The notes under the pieces: generated by a model
The model's database searches: none
Told to the model about the DNA's origin: nothing
Seen by the model: the letters and a program-made list of their open reading frames with translations, nothing else
Position numbers and translations under genes: made by a program
Part shown: positions 54,382-64,000 of the stretch, piece by piece
How the letters are laid out: every line of letters starts with the position of its first letter
Position numbering within the stretch: position 1 is the first letter of the stretch
Assembly (NCBI GenBank): GCA_951406725.2
Contig: OX597838.1
Coordinates: forward strand, 20,212,001 to 20,276,000
From: Octopus vulgaris
Taxonomy: Eukaryota
Reading direction: 5' to 3'
DNA: 64,000 nt

Positions 54382-55677
54382 CCATTTTCTTCTTCTTCTT
54401 CTTCTTCTTCCTCTTCATCATCTTCCTCTTCTTCCTCTTCATCATCTTCTTCATCTTCATCTTCATCTTCATCATACATCCGTTTGATGATGATAATACA
54501 TTCGTATTATTTTCTTCTTCTTCTTCTTCTTCTTCTTCTTCTTCTTCTTCTTCTTCTTCTTCTTTCCTTTTTGTTTGGATGTCGCTCCCAGTGTGTATAA
54601 TTTCCTCCGATTATTCACCATCACCCTCCTATCAATACTTGAGATGATGTAGCCCTTCCCGCTCAAAAGGTCCTTGAATAAGGTTTGTTTAAGGATAATC
54701 TCTCTCAACACACGGCTATGATGCTCCCCCACTACTTCTGCTCATGATCAGAGATGCACATATCGTCAGCCACTAAGGGACATGCTCAACTGGTTAAGGT
54801 CAAACAACTGACAAGCAAATCTGTGGTATTGAGCAGAATATTTGCTGTAGCCCATCTTTTATACCAAGACAATACTTATTATCGTCTTCTTCTTCTTCTT
54901 CTTCTTCTTCTTCTTCTTCTTCTTCTTCTTCTTCTTCTTCTTCTCATTCTTCTTCTTCTCATTCTTCTTCTTCTTCTTCTTCTTCTTCTTCTTCTTCTTC
55001 TCCTTCTTCTTCTTCTTCCTTCTCCTTCTTCTTCCTCTTCTTCATCATCATCATCATCATCATCACCATTTTCTTCTTCTTCCTCTTCTTCATCATCATC
55101 ATCATCATCATCACCATTTTCTTCTTCTTCCTCTTCATCATCATCATCATCATCATCATCTTCATCATCATCATCTTCTTCATCTTCATCATCATCATCT
55201 TCTTCATCTTCATCATCATCCATCATCATCATCATCATCATCATCACCATTTTCTTCTTCCTCTTCATCATCATCATCATCATCATCATCATTTTCTTCT
55301 TCTTCTTCTTCTCCTTCATCTTCATCATCATCATCTTCTTCATCATCCATCATCACCCATCATCATCATCATCATCATCATCACCATTTTCTTCTTCTTC
55401 TTCTTCTTCTTCTTCTTCCTCTTCATCATCTTCCTCTTCATCATCTTCCTCTTCATCATCTTCCTCTTCATCATCTTCTTCATCTTCATCTTCATCATAC
55501 CTCCGTTTGATGATGATAATACATTCGTATTATTTTCTTCTTCTTCTTCTTCTTCTTCTTCTTCTTCTTCTTCTTCTTCTTCTTCTTCTTCTTTCCTTTT
55601 TGTTTGGATGTCGCTCCCAGTGTGTATAATTTCCTCCGATTATTCACCATCACCCTCCTATCAATACTTGAGATGAT
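53813..55677. repeat. Tandem duplication, units 53813-54648 and 54649-55677, each with (TTC)n/(TCA)n blocks
   Basis: Both units start GTAGCCCTTCCCGCTCAAAAGG and end ATCAATACTTGAGATGAT. Confidence 0.9.
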
Positions 55678-56138
55678 GTCACACAATAAATATATTGTCG
55701 TAAGGTGTTTTTCTCTTGTATTCATAACAGTTTTGAAAGATCCCAACGTTTTGAAAGATAAGTGCCTCCCCTTACTCCTCACCGAATAGAGTTTGAGAGG
55801 GAGAGAGAGAGAGAGAAAGCAAGAGGAAGAGAGAGAGAGAGAGGGGGGAGGAAGAGAGCGAAAAGCAGACGATTTTAATCAAACAGGCTGATTTCATGCA
55901 ATGATTTATCCTTCTTTTTATCTTTTATCTTTCTCGTCCCAAATATATTTGAACTGACCTAAAGTTCGTTTACACACCATTTTCCGTTTTCACCCATTTT
56001 TAAGGGCGGTAAAATTTGAAAGATATTTGGCGACTAAATTCATAAGTAGGCGAGCCACAATCAGCAACAATCAGACAGACACACGGGAGTAGTTATCAGC
56101 TTGTCATTTTATCTTATCCAGGAGTGGAAGAAAGCACC

Positions 56139-56170
<32 letters not shown>

Positions 56171-56763
56171 GTCTGGAATACGACAAAAGGGTCAATGATT
56201 TTTTTTCTCTTTGATATACCAGAGATAACGCTACACATCCGTATCGATACGGCGATATGGATGTGTGACGTCAATTAGGTGGATTTGTGACTTGAACTCG
56301 GCGCAAGAGATAAGCGGTAAGAGTTGGCAAAAGGAAGATACAATGATAACATGAAATTTGAAAGTTGTACAACGGAGCAAGCTTTGTCATACAATGATCA
56401 CTGGTGAGGGCCAACTATTGTCCTTTGATCGAGTTTAAAAGGCTCACATGCACTATTGCCACTGCTTATTAGCGTCTGTCTCAGTACATGGTGGAGTAGA
56501 GTACAATAACGGTAGCCATCTTGGGTTATAAGAGTTGACATTGAATCCTGGCTTGTTTTCACCTTTGTGGGAAAGACAGTGAGTAAAATAGCAATGTAGT
56601 TACGAGAAGTGAACATAGCTTGCAAGTCCTTATGAGCCCTTCACGACCACAAGACCATACCAGAGCCGTGAACCGTTGAGGGAGCGGATGTTGGGGAGAC
56701 AAACACAGACACACAAACATATACACACACCTACATACATACATACATACATACATACATACA

Positions 56764-56797
<34 letters not shown>

Positions 56798-56989
56798 CGA
56801 CGGGGTTCTTTCAGTTTCCGTTTACCAAATCCACTCACAAGGCTTTGGTCGGCCCGAGGCTAAGGTAGAAGACACTTGCCCAAGGTGCCACGCAGTGGGA
56901 CTGAACCCGGAACCATGCGGTTCGTAAGGGAGATACTTACCGCACAGCCACTCCTACGCCTATATATATATATATATATATATATATAA

Positions 56990-57200
56990 CGGGAAGGTTT
57001 ACGAAAATAAACAAAAGACGAAGGCAGGTGGAGTACAAACAAACAATTGTATTAGTATAGCGCACAGGAATAGAAATAAAACAAGTCTTTTACGTTTCGA
57101 GCCTACGCTCTTCGACAGAAAGATACACAGAAAAGAAACAAGGAGAGAAACAAGGAGAGAAAAAAATTGCGTGTAGGGGCTAACGATCCAACATGGCGTT
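56990..57200 (-). mobile_element. ~200-bp Penelope-like terminal-repeat element embedded in (TA)n; second copy at 58763-58943; related + strand pieces at 39870-40070 and 44049-44143
   Basis: Two alignable copies, each carrying the hammerhead motif and flanked by TA/TACA microsatellite. Confidence 0.6.
57086..57123 (-). ncRNA. Minimal hammerhead-like motif with A6U core variant
   Basis: Minus strand: TCTTT-CTGTCGA-A-GAGC-GTAG-GCTC-GAAA-CG-TA-AAAGA; perfect stems I and II. Confidence 0.65.
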
Positions 57201-57216
57201 CTCATATATATATGTA

Positions 57217-57288
<72 letters not shown>

Positions 57289-58690
57289 CACGCGCGCGCG
57301 CAACCACATTGTTCAACTTTCAGTTCCATTACGTGGTACCTTGGGCAAGTGTCCTCTACTATAACCTCATAACTTAATATAGCAGTTCGGCAATAAGTGA
57401 CCCATAAAAAATAACCCCACCAAACCAAAAAAGACCCCCCACTACCAAAAACAACAAAAAAGAACATGAGTAACGGGATCGATTCGTTCGACTAATGAAC
57501 CTTCGAGGCGATGCCCCCAGCGTGGCCACAGTTCAAATGACCTAAACAGGTCAAAGGTAACGCATTCTGTACGGAAGTAGGTCACCACAAACAGAATAAG
57601 CATAAATTAAGAGAGTAGCGCAGTCGCAATATTAGTAGAATGCTCTTATACAGAATATGTTTTTGCTATTTTAGTTACATGCATAACGTTCTGAGTTCAA
57701 ACTCAAGCACATTATTTATTTATTTATTTATTTATTGGCTGTTATTCTTCTGGGAATCGATAGAATAAGAACTTGTGACACAGAACTGAGTGGGCGTGAG
57801 AAAATGCACCTGAGCTCCTCCCAAAACTTTGCATATCGATGTATTTCTTCCGCCTTCTCCCCCCCCCACCCCCACCTCTCTGTCTCTCTCCTTCTTTCTC
57901 TGATCTTTGTTTGAACACAAACACTAAGATCATGTGACTCAGAAGTCACATTTTCCATGTGTTGTTCCAATTCTGTTGCTACTGTTCCGAATATCACAGG
58001 AAGGGAGAAAAATAAACAAACGGACAAAACGTAAACATGTCCGCGCATGCGCGATTGTCTACGTACAAGTGTGGACATATATATATATATGTATGTTTAT
58101 ATGGATGAATGTATGTGTGTGTGTGTGTGTGTTCGTGTGTGTATGTATGTATCTGCGTATATATATATATATGTACCTGCTTGTGTGTGTGTGTGTGTGT
58201 GTGTGTCTGCGCTTGTCGCAGTAAATTTTGATCTTGAAATCGCTATTTTCCGTTTTACCGATCTTGACCTTCAGAGATAGAAATGGTTCCAGCAATACTC
58301 CTACTACCAAATCTACAATTAGACTTTATAGTGCATACAGGTTGTGTGTGTGTGTGTGTGTGTGTGTAAAGATACGTACGTACGTACATACATACATGCA
58401 TATGTATATATATATATATATAGATATATAGATATACATATATACACACATAATACATACATAGATGCATGCATATATATACATATATATATATACACAT
58501 ACATATATATATATATATAAATCAGAGTTTAAAATATAAAATATAAATTACAAAGTGGGACAAGAACGCAAAAACACACAAAGAGACGACACAAAAAAAC
58601 AGACGGGTCACTCGAAGCCTCTAATCTTCAGTCGGAACCGGATCATCTTGGCAAATACATATACATACATACATAACATACATACATACA

Positions 58691-58726
<36 letters not shown>

Positions 58727-58851
58727 TACATAGATACATACATACATACATATATATATATAGGGAGAGTTTACGAAAACAACAAAAGACGAAGACAGGT
58801 GGTGTACAAAACAAACAGATGTATTAGTATAACGCTCAGGAATAGAAAAAA

Positions 58852-58893
58852 GTCTTTTACGTTTCGAGTCTACGCTCTTCTACAGAAAGGGAC
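58852..58893 (-). ncRNA. Second minimal hammerhead-like motif with A6U core variant
   Basis: Minus strand: CTTT-CTGTAGA-A-GAGC-GTAG-ACTC-GAAA-CG-TA-AAAG. Confidence 0.6.
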
Positions 58894-58941
58894 ACAGAAA
58901 AAACAAGGAGAGAAAAAAGTGTGTAGTGGCTAACGATCTAT

Positions 58942-58973
<32 letters not shown>

Positions 58974-59003
58974 CATATATATACATATATATATATATAC
59001 ATA

Positions 59004-59060
<57 letters not shown>

Positions 59061-59180
59061 GCATACATGTATATATGTATGTACGTATGTGTGTATGTAT
59101 ATGAGTGTGTATGTGTGTGTATGTGTGTGTGTATATATATATATATACATATAATAATAATAATAAATAATATATATATG

Positions 59181-59216
<36 letters not shown>

Positions 59217-59797
59217 CAATGTTTCGGTGTTAGTAGTACGAGGTGTCAGTTCGCGTGCGAATGTGTGTGCAAGTGCGTGTTTGCTCGCTTAGCTCTGTCG
59301 AACGGATGAAGGTCAATGTCACACATTCATTCGTGACGTCAAAGGCTTTTACCGAAAGTCCGCTTATATGCGTGCGTGCGTGTGGGCGCGCGCGCTTGTG
59401 TATTAAAGTACACGACGAGCACGCATGCGCATGCACACACTGTGTGTGTGCATCTATGTGCATCTATGTGCATGTATATGTGTGCATGTGTGTGTATTCA
59501 TCAATCGGTACTGCTGAATAATTTATAGGAACCAATAAAATATTTATCGCATAACATTCCAAGAACTATATATATATATATATATACTCTTTACTTACTT
59601 GTTTCAGTCATTTGACTGCGGCCATGCTGGAGCAACGCATTTATAGTCGAGCAAATCGACCCCAGAGCTTATTCTTTGTAAGCCCAGTACTTATTCTATC
59701 GGCCTCTTTTGGCGAACCGCTAAGTTACGGGGACGTAAACACACCAGCATCGGTTGTCAATCGGGAACAAACAGTCACACAAACATATACACATACA

Positions 59798-59858
<61 letters not shown>

Positions 59859-59901
59859 GTGTATATATATGTGTATATATATATATATTTATTTATGTAT
59901 G

Positions 59902-59940
<39 letters not shown>

Positions 59941-60013
59941 GTGTGTATATATATATATATGTACTTATGTATATATATATATGTGTATATATATATATAT
60001 ATATTTATGTATG

Positions 60014-60067
<54 letters not shown>

Positions 60068-61005
60068 GGGTTGGCCAAAAGTTACCCGACAGTAAATCAA
60101 AATTCCATAAATGATTAATATTCAAATTTTATTTCTTCATTTGGGAAAATGGCGTCGCCGAAGAAGGACTTCAGTTTGAACAATTTGCATAATGATTCAT
60201 ATTCAGAAACTTCTATTAAATTCATTCAGTTGTTAACCATAAATAAATCTTGGAATTAAATGGCTTTGATTACTGTTTGGTGTCTTTTGTACAACGCTGT
60301 ATATATATATATATATATATATATACAGTAACAGATTCTTCGCATCATTCCTTATTGTCTAAAACAGTGTTTCTCAACGATTCTTTGTCCCCGGACCCCT
60401 CTGGTTACTATTTTATTCTGGTCAACCCCACGAGCCATTTGCTATTTAAAATCTAGTTTTATAGATACTTTCAAAATTCCTGTTTTGCTTCTCACATATT
60501 AACTCATAGAGGTTGAACTATGTAAGACATTAGAGAAAGAAATTTAGCTGCTTTTTACATTAAATACACGAAAAGCAACGTTTTTTTCATGGACCCTTAA
60601 AATGCCATTGTGGATCCCCAATTAACTATTTTGTTCGTGTAGAAGCACAGAATACTTATATGGAGCCGCAGGGGTCGTATGGGGTCTCAGTTGAGAACCC
60701 TGTTGGTTTACAAAAAGTAAACGAACAAGGCAGAAAACAAAAAAGGAAAGCGTAAGATAATGGAGTCTGGATGGTTATGGTTAGTATTTATTTTCTAAGC
60801 CCGGTACTTATTCTATCGGTTGCCAAGCAGTGGTGGGGTTCAAAAACAGGTACAAAGAGGCGCACGCAAGCACCTACACACACACACAAGCACACGCACA
60901 CATACATGGACGATTTTTCTGTTTCCATCAACCAAATTCATTCACAAAGCTTCGGTCGGTCCGAGGTTGTAGTAGAAGATATTTGCCCAAGATATTTGCC
61001 ACGCA

Positions 61006-61818
61006 GTGCGACTGAACCCGGAACCATGTGGTCAAACGACAAGGAAACTAGCAGAGAAAATTGAATGCTCCCACACTGCGATAGAGAAGCATCTTCACTC
61101 GATGGGAAAGGTTCAGAAGTATGGAGCATGGGTTCCGCATGCTTTAAATGACAACAACAAAAATCAACGATCCACAATCTCCGCTGGTCTGCTTGCTCGT
61201 CACCGCTCAACTAATAGGCAGAAGCAACGATTTATTTACCGAATCGTTACTGGCGACGAAAAGTGGTGCCTGTACATCAATATGAAGCTGCGTAAGGAAT
61301 GGCTTAGCCCCGGTAAACAAGCGACACCGCGCGTAAAACAAGATCTTCATCCGCGTAAAACGATGTTGTGGGTATGGTGGGACTGGGAAGGGATTATCCA
61401 TTACGAATTGCTTGAACGGAACCACACGCTCAACGCGGAACTCTATGTTCAGCAGATGGAACGACTCAACACGGCAATTCAAGAGAAAAGACCTAATCGT
61501 CAGCATGGAATTCTGCTGCACGACAACGCCCGCCCTCATTTCGCCAATATGACCAAGGAAGCCATTCAAACACATGGCTGGGAAATGCTGCCACACCCGC
61601 CGTACTCTCCTGATTTGGCACCAACGGATTTCCACCTCTTTCGATCTCTTTCAAATGCTATGCGCGGAGTTTCGTTCAGTACTGATGCAGAATTGAGAGC
61701 TTGGTTGGATCAATTTTTCGAGTCGAAATCGGGTGATTTCTACCAACGAGGTATTGAAAATCTTGTTGAACGTTGGGAAGAAGTTGTAAACAACAAGGGT
61801 GAATACATTATTGATTAA
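61006..61818 (+). CDS. Mariner (DD34D) transposase, N-terminally truncated but with an uninterrupted frame
   Basis: WVPHAL, IVTGDEKW, LHDNARPH, HPPYSPDLAPTDFHLF; 34 residues between the 2nd and 3rd catalytic D; first ~9 codons come from an antisense SINE; first ATG at 61102. Confidence 0.92.
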   Translation: MRLNPEPCGQTTRKLAEKIECSHTAIEKHLHSMGKVQKYGAWVPHALNDNNKNQRSTISAGLLARHRSTNRQKQRFIYRIVTGDEKWCLYINMKLRKEWLSPGKQATPRVKQDLHPRKTMLWVWWDWEGIIHYELLERNHTLNAELYVQQMERLNTAIQEKRPNRQHGILLHDNARPHFANMTKEAIQTHGWEMLPHPPYSPDLAPTDFHLFRSLSNAMRGVSFSTDAELRAWLDQFFESKSGDFYQRGIENLVERWEEVVNNKGEYIID

Positions 61819-61889
61819 TTAGTTGTTATTTTTTTATTAAACCTTTAAAAAAAAAATTAAATAAAAAAACGGCGGGAACTTAACTAATA
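61033..61889 (+). mobile_element. 3' part of a mariner element ending in a degenerate right TIR followed by TA
   Basis: Transposase followed by AAAAAACGGCGGGAACTTAACTAA|TA; no matching left TIR found. Confidence 0.8.
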
Positions 61890-61949
<60 letters not shown>

Positions 61950-62095
61950 TACACACACACACATGTACGGAGAGACACATGACAAATATTTGAGCAAGTT
62001 GTTCGGCAAGAACTCGTCAAAACCGTAATCTGACGCCCACAGCAGAACAATCAACCATATATGTATGCACATATGTATGTATGAATGTGTATGTG

Positions 62096-62135
<40 letters not shown>

Positions 62136-62188
62136 GTGTGTGTGTGTATGTGTGTGAAACAACACCCTGTAATTTTACATATTGTGTG

Positions 62189-62447
62189 ATATTTCGAATT
62201 AAATTTTCCTTATCAAACAGAAACACGTAGTTATAAAAGTGTTATAATGTGTAATAATGTACTTACAAGAGAATTTGAGCTTTCTAGAATCGTACCAATG
62301 AATCAAAGTTCAGCGCCTGTCACAAAGTGGGACGCGGTGAACTTTGTTTAAAGTTTAAATTCTCATATAAGTGCATCATTACACATTAGAACACTTTTAT
62401 AAGTGCACTTTTTTTTTTTTTGGTAAGGGAAATTTAATTCGAAATAT
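62189..62447. repeat. ~260-bp imperfect palindrome (foldback element/MITE)
   Basis: Three nested pairs of complementary arms. Confidence 0.85.
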
Positions 62448-62468
62448 ATTTAAAATCGTAGTCTGGTA

Positions 62469-62499
<31 letters not shown>

Positions 62500-62760
62500 C
62501 ATACATACATACATACATACATACATACATAGGAGCAAGAGTGGCTGTGTGGTATACACATTTACTTGTTTCAGTCATTTGACTGCGGCTATGCTGGAGC
62601 ACCGCCTTTAGCCGAGGAAATCGACCCCAGGACTTACTCTTTGTAAGCCTAGTACTTCTATCAGTCGCTTTTGCCGAACCGCTAGGTTACGGGGACGTAA
62701 ACACGCCAGCGTCGGTTGTCAAGCGATGTTGGGGGGACATACATACAGACACACAAACAT

Positions 62761-62806
<46 letters not shown>

Positions 62807-62879
62807 GTATAAAAAATATATATAAAAATACAAAATGGGACAAGAAATCGACGACATATATATATATATATATATATAT

Positions 62880-62931
<52 letters not shown>

Positions 62932-63095
62932 TCGGACATTTATTTATGATAAATGTCCAACTTATTCAATATCTATTCACACACTACAGCTGAGGTCCCC
63001 ATACAAATCTGGCAATACGTATAATACTACTAGTTAGCGCTGGGTGAAATCTGAAGGCAGACGACCTTTATTTTGTACTCTGCTACGTTCTTAAT

Positions 63096-63132
<37 letters not shown>

Positions 63133-63329
63133 TCTTTTACTTGTTTCAGTCATTTGACTCGGCCATGGCGGAGCACCGCCTTTAGCCGAGCAAATCGACC
63201 CCAGGACTTATTCTTTGTAAACCTAGTACTTCTATCAGTCGCTTTTGCCGAGCCGCTAGGTTACGGGGACGTAAACACGCCAGCGCCAGTTGTCAAGCGA
63301 TGTTGGGGGGGGCAAACACAGACACACAA

Positions 63330-63430
<101 letters not shown>

Positions 63431-64000
63431 TATGCATATATACGACGGGCTTTCAGTTTCCGTGTACGTCAAATCCACTCACAAGGCTTTGGTCAGCCCG
63501 AGGCTATAGTGAAGACACGTGACCAAGGTGCCACACAGTGGGACTGAACCCGGAACCATGTGGTTAGTAAGCAAACTACTTACCCCACAGCCACTCCGGC
63601 AGAAAATAAAGGAATTCTCTGATGCAGGTTGGCTATGAAGATATCATTAGAAAAACTGGTAAATGCCCTTTGGAAGACGGAAAAAAGTGGCCAGAAATCC
63701 TCTTCAGGGAATCGAGTCTTGCACCTCTTAAATTCCGGCTGAGCTAAGAGACCCCTGCCAGCAAATACCGTGTTTTTATAACGCGACGTCACTAGTACCA
63801 AGCTGTATCGACCTTTGCTTTTATCTTGGATAACATCGGTGGTGTGGAGAGGGGAGGCTGGTTTGCATGGACGATCGCTGATCTTCCATAAACAACCCTA
63901 CCCGGACTTGTGCTCGGAAGGGAACATTCTAGGTTCAATCTCATGGTCATTTATGACCGAAGGGGGTCTTTTTTTTACTCTCTACGTTAAGGGTACACGT

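Noticed and set aside
53085-55782. Poly-E/D/K/M/S ORFs
   Set aside because: Triplet-repeat artefacts inside the tandem duplication
58595-58640. Minus-strand CTGAAGA in a Penelope-like fragment
   Set aside because: No GAAA or pairing stems follow
60064-60095. CAGGGTTGGCCAAAAGTTACCCG as left TIR of the mariner at 61033
   Set aside because: Does not match the right-end sequence at 61865-61887; probably the end of a different Tc1/mariner element

Overview
AT-rich, repeat-dense animal genomic DNA. The SINE, RTE and microsatellite content looks like a coleoid cephalopod (Octopus); that assignment is from recalled repeat families, not a search. Left half: a complete 10-exon eIF3 subunit M gene on the minus strand (CDS 30686->17739, 378 aa) with a TCT/TOP-like start and an ETS site. 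A second, unidentified minus-strand spliced gene starts near 11.9 kb behind a CLEAR/E-box palindrome and runs off the left edge. Right half (31-64 kb) has no recognisable host gene and consists of tRNA-derived SINEs, MITEs, Helitron pieces, long microsatellites, a tandem duplication and a 5'-truncated but open DD34D mariner transposase. The most interesting features are (1) several hammerhead ribozyme motifs of the Penelope-associated type, including a GUC-site type I motif at 9311-9398 and a pair sharing an A6U core variant at 57.1/58.9 kb, and (2) a 5S rRNA-headed SINE candidate whose 3' stem-loop co-varies with the tail of the dominant tRNA-SINE. Almost all ORFs in the supplied track are microsatellite or SINE artefacts.
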